Shown here one piece after another: positions 28,996 to 38,296 of a stretch of 64,000 nt of DNA (the stretch's first letter is position 1; the number at the start of each line of letters is the position of its first letter). The DNA is from an uncultured virus (IMG/VR IMGVR_UViG_3300046007_006189). Lineage: Duplodnaviria; Heunggongvirae; Uroviricota; Caudoviricetes. The stretch is from IMG/VR virus record IMGVR_UViG_3300046007_006189. One strand, given 5' to 3'. Below the pieces are notes generated by a model. That model saw nothing but the letters and a program-made list of their open reading frames with translations, was not told the origin of the DNA and ran no database searches. Position numbers and translations under genes: made by a program.

Positions 28996-30569
28996 GGCTT
29001 ATAGTATACAAAAACTGGTTCGTATTTCAAATAATTTCCATTCACTTTACAAAAGTTCTTACATTTTGGTTTGCCATCTTCGTCTAACCGATTCTGCCCA
29101 GGCATACCTTCCATTGCCATTTTTAATGTTTGAACATATTTCATTCCAAGACTTTCTAATATGTCTCTTGAATCTTTTTCTAATGTTAGATATTTGCCAG
29201 AAATTTGAATATCGGCAATATTCCATAAAAGGTATCTATTATTTCTCAAATACTCAACACAGGTTTCTAGTGTTGGTCGAAGGAATCCATCTCTCCAAGA
29301 ATCATAACTGGAAAATTTCTTATAAGATTGATTTTCGTTTTCCGAATATGCTTCTCTATTGAAATACGGAGGAGAGGTAAAGATCAAATCAACCGATCCC
29401 TTATACTTCTGAAATTCAACATCATCCTTTATTGTTTCCGAACCATGTTTAAAAATTTCGTAAGTATTGGTGGTTGAGAAGAACGAGTTTCCTCTATAAG
29501 TTCTAGTATTATAGAAATTAGCAAGATCAGCGTACATGCCGCCATTCCCAACATGAGAAGGGAAATTATCCAAGTTAGGATCAGTCCCGACATAGTGAAT
29601 ATTTCTATTGTCATTGACAGACATTGCACCAAGAATGCGGCCGCCCCAGCCAGAAGAAGGGTCATAAACCACAATTTGGTTTTGTGTGTAAAAAGATTCC
29701 GTAAATTTTTCATAAAGATACCTTGCCGTTAAAGGAGGAAAATTAACTGCGGGTTGAATATAACCTATTCTGAAACTAGGAAAACATTTGGGAAATACTT
29801 TGTATCCCTTTTCATATACTCTAATTCTAAAAATCTTGTCATCGGGAATATTCTCTGTATCAAATGTTGAATAGTGCCGATACGATAATTTGGGTTTCCA
29901 ATTCAAAAATTGCTGTTTAGTTAGTGAAAGTATTTTTGATTGTTCTATTTGATAATAACCCGTATTCATACCATCTTCATCGTCATGTTGATCTAAAATA
30001 AAATCATGATCTTTGAAAATGGAGGGATTGTTGAAATATGCCTCCATCCACTCTTCTCCACTACCAACAGAAACAATAGCGTATTTGCTATCGTTTTTTA
30101 TGGCAGAACAAGCAAAAGTATAAAGAGAGTCACGGCGAATATGCCGTCGAGCACCCTTTATCATTTTTGTTAAATACTTGTCATTTGCAAATAAATCGTA
30201 AATAGAATAACCAGTATCGTTTTCGCTGTAGTTTATTCTAGTTTTGTACATATTAGAAAACCATTGATCTGCTTCCGCACCTAAACGAGATTTATTGATA
30301 ATTACATCTTTCTCGCCAGTCAATTCATCTACAAATTCAAAAGTATGTACAGGATATCCGGTGAGTTTATTAAACTCTTCGATAATATCATCTTCATTTT
30401 TACCAGTTCTAGGAGGACAATTAGTTGCATCCCATGCCTCAAGAACAACTTTACGCATATCCTTTACCCACTCTTCGAATTCAGAGTCATTCATAGAAAC
30501 AATGTCTTCAAAGAAAACATTAATTTTATGATTTAAAAGATAATCGTTTCTTTCGTAAAAATGTTTCAT
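28992..30569 (-). CDS. DNA amino-methyltransferase-like protein (N6-A/N4-C)
   Basis: SAM-binding VYDPSSGWGGR precedes catalytic FTSPPYF. Start moved to MKHFYE (30569), giving an ATGA overlap with the upstream stop. Confidence 0.85.
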   Translation of the reverse strand: MKHFYERNDYLLNHKINVFFEDIVSMNDSEFEEWVKDMRKVVLEAWDATNCPPRTGKNEDDIIEEFNKLTGYPVHTFEFVDELTGEKDVIINKSRLGAEADQWFSNMYKTRINYSENDTGYSIYDLFANDKYLTKMIKGARRHIRRDSLYTFACSAIKNDSKYAIVSVGSGEEWMEAYFNNPSIFKDHDFILDQHDDEDGMNTGYYQIEQSKILSLTKQQFLNWKPKLSYRHYSTFDTENIPDDKIFRIRVYEKGYKVFPKCFPSFRIGYIQPAVNFPPLTARYLYEKFTESFYTQNQIVVYDPSSGWGGRILGAMSVNDNRNIHYVGTDPNLDNFPSHVGNGGMYADLANFYNTRTYRGNSFFSTTNTYEIFKHGSETIKDDVEFQKYKGSVDLIFTSPPYFNREAYSENENQSYKKFSSYDSWRDGFLRPTLETCVEYLRNNRYLLWNIADIQISGKYLTLEKDSRDILESLGMKYVQTLKMAMEGMPGQNRLDEDGKPKCKNFCKVNGNYLKYEPVFVYYKP

Positions 30570-31297
30570 GCACCAACATTCCAAAATAAAGCATCAGGGG
30601 ATGCGTGTTCTTTTATGAACTTCCATGCTTTTGCGTCATAAGTGGGAACAGAGGGAAAGGGAGGAGCATCAGCAGGATCGACTGCATCGAAGAAAGGAAT
30701 GTCACACTTGTACATTTTTGCTCTACCCAGTTCCCTCTGTCCCATTTTATGACCAACAGAAACACAATTAAATTCTGCTTCGGGCCATGCTAACTGCAAC
30801 CCTCTAGTAAGAGTTCCACTAGATCCAACAGTCCATACTTCTTTTGGTTGAATCGGTAGAGTCTTTGCCAATTCGCAAATTTCAGATATTACTTCAGGAC
30901 AATCAAATCCAATAGGAAATAGTTTTCTATTGTCGGTGTCTGAAGCAACATAATCTCTTGCTCTCTTTTGTGTTACACTAAGCATACCGTTGTCTACTCC
31001 GTGTATTGTAGCACCATAATTCATTGCTTTCAACTGGTAAGGATGAAGATTCTCCGGTTTTCTTCTTGCCATGAAAAGAATACATTTCTTATTCAAATGC
31101 TGACATACTCTTGCCAATGCAATTTGAGCATATCCTGTTGCTGGCGATGATCCATATACCATCTCAGATTGGGGCGAATTTTTAATTAGATTCTGAACAA
31201 ATCTAGTTTTAGAACCGCCTTCAATCAAATCATCACGAACAACATAAAACTGATCGTGCTTTTCTATAACGGGTTTTGGATTTATCTCGTCGCTCAT
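30566..31297 (-). CDS. PLP-dependent enzyme, fold type II (TrpB/cysteine synthase/ACC deaminase-like)
   Basis: VVRDD...GGSKxR (Schiff-base Lys), GYAQIALA, VGSSGTLTRGL phosphate loop, YDAKAW, LFWNVG. Confidence 0.8.
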   Translation of the reverse strand: MSDEINPKPVIEKHDQFYVVRDDLIEGGSKTRFVQNLIKNSPQSEMVYGSSPATGYAQIALARVCQHLNKKCILFMARRKPENLHPYQLKAMNYGATIHGVDNGMLSVTQKRARDYVASDTDNRKLFPIGFDCPEVISEICELAKTLPIQPKEVWTVGSSGTLTRGLQLAWPEAEFNCVSVGHKMGQRELGRAKMYKCDIPFFDAVDPADAPPFPSVPTYDAKAWKFIKEHASPDALFWNVGA

Positions 31298-33009
31298 GTG
31301 AGTTTGCTGAAATTATTTTTCTTTTCAAAACCAATAACATGTTGAAACTTATCAACTAATTGATCTGATTTATGACTAATAACAAAAATATTAGATTTAT
31401 CACTTACTGCATTCAATAACTTCATTAGTTCATCCATACCCAAGGCATCAAGAGAAGAATCAAAAACTTCATCAAGAATCAAAATATTACAATTTACGCT
31501 ATTCTTGGTTCTGGCAATTTCTCTCCATGCCAACAATAGTGCCAGATCAATTCTCATCTTTTCACCTTCGCTGAAATTCATATAACTGAACTCATCTCTA
31601 TGCCTACTTTTAATCTTTTCATTAAAATCTTCATCAAGGGTAAACTGTGCAAAAAAGTCCATAGATGACAAAAATTTATTAATGTACTTATTCATAAATG
31701 GCAAATAGTACTTAATAATTTTTGCTTTAACCCCTGAATCTTTTAATAGCACATGTGCATGTTCGTGATATAAAAGTTCATCTTTATTCTCTTCCTTTTC
31801 CTTTTCAAAAACAGACAAAGAAGATTGATACTGATTTAACTTTTGTTTCTGTGAATCAAGATGACTCGTAGAAGTCGTCATATCTGACAACTCCTTATTG
31901 AGTGTCGAAAGATACTTTTCAGCGTTCTTAATAGATGTCTTTTTCTGTACAATTTCCAAATTTCTATCTTGTATTTCTTTAGTTATTTTAGAAATTTCAG
32001 ATAATCTATTAGATACATTATTGATATTACCATCCAAACTAACTATTGCTTTTTCGTATTCAGTTTTCTTTTCATTTCTTTTAGATACTTCTGTTTTCTT
32101 GGTTTCTGAATCTATAGTCTGATTGCACGAAGGACAAGAAACATTTTCTTCAAAGAATGAAATATCTTTTTCTATATTCTTAAGATTTATATGAATTTTT
32201 GTTTTTAGTTTTTCAAGTTCATTTAATGATTTATTAGATGATGTCTGATCTGCAATTTGCTTGACTAGTTCAGTAACTCCGCTCTCTAAATCGACAACTT
32301 CACCTCGTAGTGTCTGTATGTCATTTGAAATATCGTTTACTTTGTCTTGCACAAGTTTAATATCTTCATTACTTTTCGCTTCCATACTAGTAATGTGTTG
32401 TTGTTGCAGAACAATTTTTTGTTTTTCCAAATCTATCTTTGTTGATATATCTCGAAGTGTTTCTTTTATCTGTAGAATCTTACCCTTAAGTAAAATATTC
32501 ATTGTACTAAAAACATTAATATCAAGAATATTTTCAATTACAGCACGACGATCCGATGCGGACAATTGCATAAAAGGAACAAAGGATGAACTACCCAATA
32601 TCACAACTTGAGTAAAGGTCTTATAATTCATCTTTATAATTTGATCTTCAAGAACTTCTTGATAATCAAGACTTTTTGCATCCTGATTAACTAGAACACC
32701 ATTCTTATGAATTTCAAATAACTTAGGATTCAACCCACGACGAACTAAGTATTCATCAGAACCTTTAGTAAATTCAATTTCAACTAAACAATTCTTATCG
32801 TTTACAGAATTTACTAATTGAGGAATATTGATCTTTCTGAAAGGTTTTCCAAATAGAGCAAATGTAATGGAATCCAGAAAAGCAAATGATTTTCCGCTAC
32901 CATTATTACCACAAATAAGAGTGGTTGGATTTTTGTCAAGAATCAGTTCGGTAAAATTATTACCAAACGATCCGAAATTTTTAAACCGTACCTTCTTGAA
33001 CTTTATCAT
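31294..33009 (-). CDS. g46: Recombination endonuclease subunit gp46 (Rad50/SbcC-like)
   Basis: GNNGSGKS, coiled coil with CPSC zinc hook, FSEGEKMRIDLA, LDEVFD, ISH. Confidence 0.97.
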   Translation of the reverse strand: MIKFKKVRFKNFGSFGNNFTELILDKNPTTLICGNNGSGKSFAFLDSITFALFGKPFRKINIPQLVNSVNDKNCLVEIEFTKGSDEYLVRRGLNPKLFEIHKNGVLVNQDAKSLDYQEVLEDQIIKMNYKTFTQVVILGSSSFVPFMQLSASDRRAVIENILDINVFSTMNILLKGKILQIKETLRDISTKIDLEKQKIVLQQQHITSMEAKSNEDIKLVQDKVNDISNDIQTLRGEVVDLESGVTELVKQIADQTSSNKSLNELEKLKTKIHINLKNIEKDISFFEENVSCPSCNQTIDSETKKTEVSKRNEKKTEYEKAIVSLDGNINNVSNRLSEISKITKEIQDRNLEIVQKKTSIKNAEKYLSTLNKELSDMTTSTSHLDSQKQKLNQYQSSLSVFEKEKEENKDELLYHEHAHVLLKDSGVKAKIIKYYLPFMNKYINKFLSSMDFFAQFTLDEDFNEKIKSRHRDEFSYMNFSEGEKMRIDLALLLAWREIARTKNSVNCNILILDEVFDSSLDALGMDELMKLLNAVSDKSNIFVISHKSDQLVDKFQHVIGFEKKNNFSKLT

Positions 33010-33796
33010 TTAGAATTTTCTCCGGCACTACCATAGAACGGAAAAGCAAATCTTCAGCAGTTTTTTCTTCAGTTGGTTTGGATTCCGGTAAATCTTCCTT
33101 TACCAATTCTATTGGTTCATTCTTCTTTCCACACGAAGAACAACCACCACTAACCGAATCTCTTAAATTCTTACCACTTGGTGGCCACCCTTCAGGAGTG
33201 CCACGTTCAAATGTCATCTTAGATTCCATTTTAAGGCGCATAGAATATCCTGCACCATAATACCATGTAATTTCTTCACCTTGTTTGATATCAGTCAATG
33301 CATGAAGTGTATAATATTTCAATGCCGTATCTTGTGTCCAGTATCCATTTGGTTGTTCAGAATGATTATATACCATTCCATTTCCAAGAACTAATGCCAT
33401 AGTATTGCCATACTTTTCGCATATAGAACAACCACACCCCCAAGCAAAAGCATATCGATTCAATACCCAATCCTTGTTTCCTTTGAACGTACTGTCCAAC
33501 AAAACAACCGGACATTCCTCAATAATGTCCCCGGATTTGATGTCCTCGGATGCAAAAACACCTAATCCACTAATTTTTGATTTTCCTACATAAACTTTTG
33601 GTTGGATGAACTTAGTTTTTATTGCAAATTTATTTTCTTTTGCAATATATGCGGAAACATAGTAACTATGCGATTTTCTTGCCGGAAATCCATATTCATC
33701 GTACTCAGGAACCATATCATCGTTTCCTGGCAAATAAATGGACGGATCAAAAACTTTTGGTCTATCTTCGTTTGATTGCATTTCATTTGTGTTCAT
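32981..33796 (-). CDS. SET-domain protein (putative protein-lysine methyltransferase)
   Basis: SKISGLGVFA..DI..G.IIE, YNHS..PN and A..DI..GEEIT..YG, the canonical SET motifs; extra CxCxxC and CxxC. Confidence 0.88.
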   Translation of the reverse strand: MNTNEMQSNEDRPKVFDPSIYLPGNDDMVPEYDEYGFPARKSHSYYVSAYIAKENKFAIKTKFIQPKVYVGKSKISGLGVFASEDIKSGDIIEECPVVLLDSTFKGNKDWVLNRYAFAWGCGCSICEKYGNTMALVLGNGMVYNHSEQPNGYWTQDTALKYYTLHALTDIKQGEEITWYYGAGYSMRLKMESKMTFERGTPEGWPPSGKNLRDSVSGGCSSCGKKNEPIELVKEDLPESKPTEEKTAEDLLFRSMVVPEKILNDKVQEGTV

Positions 33797-34845
33797 AAGG
33801 TTAAACTCTCCATGTATAGGTCTTTTAGTAGAACTTTCAATTTACTTTTATTTTCAATACCCTCAAGTAAATCTATTTCTTTGTTAATTATGCTCAATGT
33901 ATCTTGTGCAACATCAATATCACTCTCAATGAGTTTTTCTTGATAATCTTCTATTATTGATATTTCTTGTGCAGGAACAGCATACAGAGAATCAATAAAT
34001 TTGTCAAATACAAAAGGTTTTGTTTTATTGGATACTATTATCTTTATAAAACAATTTTTAAATATAGAAGGATCTTCTGACAATATTCGTTGGGTTTCTT
34101 GCGTGGTGTCATCATACTTTATCGTATGAAAAATCTTGTTTGGATTTTCAATAAATGTCAATTCTCTTGTATCTGTATCCAAAACATGAAATCCCTTGAC
34201 GCAATTTACATCGCCAAAATTCAATTGATACTGAGTACCAAGATAATGAATATTTCTACCTTCTTGCTTCATATGAAAATGACCAGATAAAACCATTTCA
34301 AATCTATTGAATTCTTTTTCTGTTATTCCATGTGGATGCACAACGCCATTTATAACTTGAAATCCTTTTATCTCAAAATGTCCGACTACAATCGGACAAC
34401 TACAGGATTTTATAAAATTCAAACATTCGGTTTCATTATCTTTGGCAATCCAAGGAACCATGCCAATGCAAAGACCATCGAAGTTTAATTCTTCGGGTCT
34501 TTCAATAATACGAATTACATTACTCTCATTATAAAACAACTCACGCAATGAGTTCAATGAATTTGTGTTTTTATAATAAGTGTCATGATTGCCTACTGTT
34601 ATGTAAGTATTGATTTTATTCTCAACCAATGGAGCAAAAAATCTATTTCTTACTTGAGAGAGTGTATTAAAGTTAATAAACTTTCTTCTGTCTAATAGAT
34701 CACCAAGGTGGAGAACATTATGAATTTTGTTCTCTTTCAAATATGGAAAAAATATTTGTTCAAAGAATTCTAAAGAATGTTCTAGAAAAAATGGTGAATC
34801 GTTTCTCGCCCCAAAATGGGTATCATTAATAATTGCAATTTTCAT
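33793..34845 (-). CDS. g47: Recombination endonuclease subunit gp47 (Mre11/SbcD-like)
   Basis: DTHFG, GDLLDRRK, GNHD, GHFE, SGHFH. Confidence 0.97.
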   Translation of the reverse strand: MKIAIINDTHFGARNDSPFFLEHSLEFFEQIFFPYLKENKIHNVLHLGDLLDRRKFINFNTLSQVRNRFFAPLVENKINTYITVGNHDTYYKNTNSLNSLRELFYNESNVIRIIERPEELNFDGLCIGMVPWIAKDNETECLNFIKSCSCPIVVGHFEIKGFQVINGVVHPHGITEKEFNRFEMVLSGHFHMKQEGRNIHYLGTQYQLNFGDVNCVKGFHVLDTDTRELTFIENPNKIFHTIKYDDTTQETQRILSEDPSIFKNCFIKIIVSNKTKPFVFDKFIDSLYAVPAQEISIIEDYQEKLIESDIDVAQDTLSIINKEIDLLEGIENKSKLKVLLKDLYMESLTL

Positions 34846-34851
34846 TGTATT

Positions 34852-35457
34852 TTAATCGAAAAAATTATCTGTCTTTTTCTTTTTACGCTTCTTCTTTCTT
34901 GTTTTTTCTTTCGGTTCCATCTTATCAATGTCTTGTTCCGACAGAAAAAATGTCTTTTGCATAAATTCACTATAAGTACAGGATCCTTGGTTTTCTCTCA
35001 ACCAATCAGTAAATTTACCATCCATATCATTCATTTGCAATGCTTTATATTTTACAAATGCTTGTTTCTTTTCTTTTTCTATTCTACGCAAAAAGGCATA
35101 ATAAATGATTTGGGTGAAATAAGAAAAGGGATTATTTGATTTTTTAGGATCAAAGTTATGCGCGTATAATAGGCAATTTTCTATACCATCCCCAACCATA
35201 TCCTCTCGGAACGGATAATTGATAAAATTGGGTCGGTAAGACAAATGTTCAGCAATTTTGACGAAACATTCAGCAATATAATCGCTTACAGGGGGTCTAG
35301 GATCGTCGCAGGCCTCGGCGGCGCGCACAAGTTGCTTCCAGTCGGTCATTGCTTCACAAAACTTAACATTATCTATGTAATGTTTTAAATTTGTTATTAC
35401 TTTTTCCGGGATAGCTTCTTCTACTATTGGATTTTGTTTTTTCTTCTTTTTCTTCAT
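34852..35457 (-). CDS. g55: Late-transcription sigma factor gp55
   Basis: HYIDN..F, YIAECF.KIA.HLS.RPNF.NY..REDM..DGIENC, NPFSYFTQI.YYAFLRRI.KEKKQ. Confidence 0.97.
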   Translation of the reverse strand: MKKKKKKQNPIVEEAIPEKVITNLKHYIDNVKFCEAMTDWKQLVRAAEACDDPRPPVSDYIAECFVKIAEHLSYRPNFINYPFREDMVGDGIENCLLYAHNFDPKKSNNPFSYFTQIIYYAFLRRIEKEKKQAFVKYKALQMNDMDGKFTDWLRENQGSCTYSEFMQKTFFLSEQDIDKMEPKEKTRKKKRKKKKTDNFFD

Positions 35458-35474
35458 AATTTACCCATGCACGA

Positions 35475-35502
35475 ATTATAACAAGTCACCAGAAGAAATC
35501 AA
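35475..35502 (-). promoter_or_regulatory. Sigma70-like promoter for the g55 operon (TTGATT-16-TATAAT, extended -10)
   Basis: Minus strand reads TTGATT tcttctggtgacttgt TATAAT. Confidence 0.7.
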
Positions 35503-35522
35503 GAAATTTGTCAGAATTTCTC

Positions 35523-35551
35523 TTGACACCGCTGACTACTATCATTACAAT
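35523..35551 (+). promoter_or_regulatory. Near-consensus sigma70 promoter on the antisense strand (TTGACA-17-TACAAT)
   Basis: Plus strand reads TTGACA ccgctgactactatcat TACAAT, back-to-back with the g55 promoter. Confidence 0.65.
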
Positions 35552-35599
35552 TCCTGTGTCTGGTATCAAGAAGAACTATAGTTAGACTTTAAAGAAGCT

Positions 35600-36346
35600 T
35601 TAAGAGCTCTTGGGTGGATCGGTATAATCATTCGAATTAGGGTCGGGACTCCAATCAGTCCAACGATTACCGTAATTTGGGTGATTTTTTTCGTCCCCCG
35701 TAAATTTATTATCTTTTTTGACCTTTTTCGCTATTTTGGATAATTGTTTCGGATCCAATATACCGGCGTTCATTAAATTCATTAATGCTTCCGGGGGGAG
35801 CATCATTGAAATATAAATCATTGGTCTTTTTATAAAATCTATCTCTTCTTCGTCTTCAGGAAATGGCATATGTGGATCCATTGGTTCTTCAATGCTTTGT
35901 AATTTATTATACGCATCAGAACCCATCTCTTCCATTTCATGAAACAAATCACCAAATATTTGATTTAATATCTCTTCATCAGTAATTGGTTTTTTGTTTT
36001 TGTTTAATTTCTTAAGCAAGCCATTTGCTTCTTCTTCTGTTATTTGTTTTCTGTCTTCTGAGAGAACATCTAATCTTTTCATTTCCATATCATATAATCT
36101 AAAAGTGTCATCTGTTGGATCTAACATAGAAGCAATATGCGTTTTAGGAATTTCTATTTGCTGAGAGGTTGTGTGTATTAACCAATCTTTCAACAAAGTC
36201 ATATCATAAGGTCTTCCTACGTTATCCATTAATGTGGTTGTACGAAATACCATAGGTCTGGTGAGAACCATAGTTCTTTTATTTTTCTCGGTAACATGAG
36301 AAATCAATTCTTCGCCACTTTTTAATTTCAGAATTTTGTAACTCAT
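35600..36346 (-). CDS. Conserved T4-like hypothetical protein (Sm-like N-terminus) between uvsW and g55
   Basis: YKILKLKSGEELI N-terminus; this position between uvsW and g55 is typical of cyanophage-like T4 relatives. Confidence 0.6.
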   Translation of the reverse strand: MSYKILKLKSGEELISHVTEKNKRTMVLTRPMVFRTTTLMDNVGRPYDMTLLKDWLIHTTSQQIEIPKTHIASMLDPTDDTFRLYDMEMKRLDVLSEDRKQITEEEANGLLKKLNKNKKPITDEEILNQIFGDLFHEMEEMGSDAYNKLQSIEEPMDPHMPFPEDEEEIDFIKRPMIYISMMLPPEALMNLMNAGILDPKQLSKIAKKVKKDNKFTGDEKNHPNYGNRWTDWSPDPNSNDYTDPPKSS

Positions 36347-37824
36347 TTTAATTCCTCCAGGCGTATCTTTGTAAGATTATATAAGAACTTCTCATTAGTA
36401 TATATGTCTATGCGTTCATCCATGTGACGGAGCGCATGGTTTCTGTATTTTTTATATCGGAGATCATCACCAATATCGTATATTGTCACTTTATCTTTGG
36501 TGTCGCTTTTTCTTAATCCTCTTCCGATAGATTGTAACACTCTTACTACTGATTTAGATGGCGAAACAAATACAATGTTGTGTATGTTCTTAATATTTAT
36601 ACCCGTAGAACATGTTCCGTATGAAGCAACCAAGATGCTATCGGTTTGATTATTTACTATTTGTCTTATATCTTCTCGTTCAGATGCTTCTGTACCACCA
36701 TATATGAAGAAACACGACTTGTTGCAATTCTTTTTAATTTCTTCGTATAACGGTTTTCCGTGCTTATCAACATAATTAAATAGTACTAAAGTATTTCCTT
36801 TAAGATGGCAGCATAAGTTTACTATAAATTTATTTCTACTTTCATTTGCAACCAACCATTGAATCTCATCAATGTATTTTGCTTTTTTAATTTCATCTAT
36901 TTCTTCTTTTGTGTATTCAAGCAATAAACATTTGATCTTTAGATTAGAAAGAAGATTTTTGTCTATAAGAGATTTGGTTGAAGTGACATTATAGACTGGC
37001 CCAAATAAACCTTCTACAACTAATTTATGAACATGAGTTCCGTCTAATGTACCTGTTGTTCCAATTCTATATGGACAGTCTTTCATCTTAGACATGAGCG
37101 TGGTCAATGATTTTGCTTTAAATAAATGACACTCATCACCAAACACACAATATATGTTCTTAAAAAAGTCTTCTTTCATTTTGTAAATACTTTGCCATGT
37201 TGAAATGATTACTTTTTTATTTGTTTGTTTGTCTTGTCCAGAATATACCACATGACATTTTTTGATAAATCCGTCTTTGTTGGAATAATCTTTAAAGTCG
37301 TTGAACATCTGGGCAACAAGACCAGTAGTTGGAACTACTACTAGTATTTGTTTATTCTCTGGTATTATTTTTTCTAAACATCTAATTAGCATGTAGATAA
37401 TCAAAGACTTACCACTACCAGTTGGCGATATCAGAAGAGTTCTTTGTTTATTCAGTGCATGTTTTACTGCTTCTATTTGGTGTTCATGTGGAGTAATGAC
37501 ACTTCCGCCTGAATAACATGTTGTTGTTTTTATAAAAGAATCTATATCTTCTTGTTTTATTATTTGTTTTGGTTTTGGATTAAATTCTACTTTGTAATTT
37601 CGTTCTTCTGCAAATTTAAAAATATAATCTAATAGTCCTGCATATATGGTGTGTGTTAAACTATTAAATAATCTAATTTTTCCGTCCCATACTTTATTTC
37701 TATATGCAGGAGTAAATTTAAAATTAGGAACAGTAAAAGTAAAAAACGAACTTAATTCTTTTGCAACCGAACGGTCGCAATCAATTTTAACATTGACAGA
37801 ATCTAGTTCGTTAATTGTAATCAT
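36343..37824 (-). CDS. uvsW: UvsW helicase
   Basis: WDGKIRLF, SPTGSGKS, DECH, GTTGTL, QSIGRGLR. Confidence 0.96.
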   Translation of the reverse strand: MITINELDSVNVKIDCDRSVAKELSSFFTFTVPNFKFTPAYRNKVWDGKIRLFNSLTHTIYAGLLDYIFKFAEERNYKVEFNPKPKQIIKQEDIDSFIKTTTCYSGGSVITPHEHQIEAVKHALNKQRTLLISPTGSGKSLIIYMLIRCLEKIIPENKQILVVVPTTGLVAQMFNDFKDYSNKDGFIKKCHVVYSGQDKQTNKKVIISTWQSIYKMKEDFFKNIYCVFGDECHLFKAKSLTTLMSKMKDCPYRIGTTGTLDGTHVHKLVVEGLFGPVYNVTSTKSLIDKNLLSNLKIKCLLLEYTKEEIDEIKKAKYIDEIQWLVANESRNKFIVNLCCHLKGNTLVLFNYVDKHGKPLYEEIKKNCNKSCFFIYGGTEASEREDIRQIVNNQTDSILVASYGTCSTGINIKNIHNIVFVSPSKSVVRVLQSIGRGLRKSDTKDKVTIYDIGDDLRYKKYRNHALRHMDERIDIYTNEKFLYNLTKIRLEELK

Positions 37825-38261
37825 TGTCCCTGCGTGAACTTAACCCAATCTATGGCAGCACGAATATTCCATATACGATTGCTTATGGATTTTACTGTAC
37901 TTTCTAGATAATTTATTTTTTCTTTTTGTAGATCGACTTTATTGCATAGAGGAATAACATCAGAATCACTCTCGATGAATTTGTCTAGATCTACTCGAAG
38001 TATTGAAAGATCAAACGCTTCCCATCCCAATTTAGTTAATTGCTCTTCTGACATTTTACCAGAATAGTATAACCATTTGTTTTTCTTAAGAACTGCAAGA
38101 TCTGATTCAAACTTTTTTAATATCAGTTTTTCGTCCATCAATATACACAAGTATTTGTTGTGTAGTTGAGGTACATTCAAACTTTCTCTATCAAGAGAAG
38201 TTGAATCGATCTTCATATCCTGTTCAATCATTATTTTAATATCGCTAAGTTTTATGCTCAT
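37821..38261 (-). CDS. uvsY: Recombination mediator UvsY
   Basis: D.KID...LD.ESL..PQLH.KY, YYSGK, I.NR...I..AIDW.KF..G. Confidence 0.92.
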   Translation of the reverse strand: MSIKLSDIKIMIEQDMKIDSTSLDRESLNVPQLHNKYLCILMDEKLILKKFESDLAVLKKNKWLYYSGKMSEEQLTKLGWEAFDLSILRVDLDKFIESDSDVIPLCNKVDLQKEKINYLESTVKSISNRIWNIRAAIDWVKFTQGQ

Positions 38262-38267
38262 ACTTTA

Positions 38268-38296
38268 ATTATACCACAAATATCAATATAAGTCTT
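38268..38296 (-). promoter_or_regulatory. Extended -10 promoter (TGgTATAAT), predicted leaderless for uvsY
   Basis: Minus strand reads aagact-17-TATAAT taaagt ATG. Confidence 0.6.
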
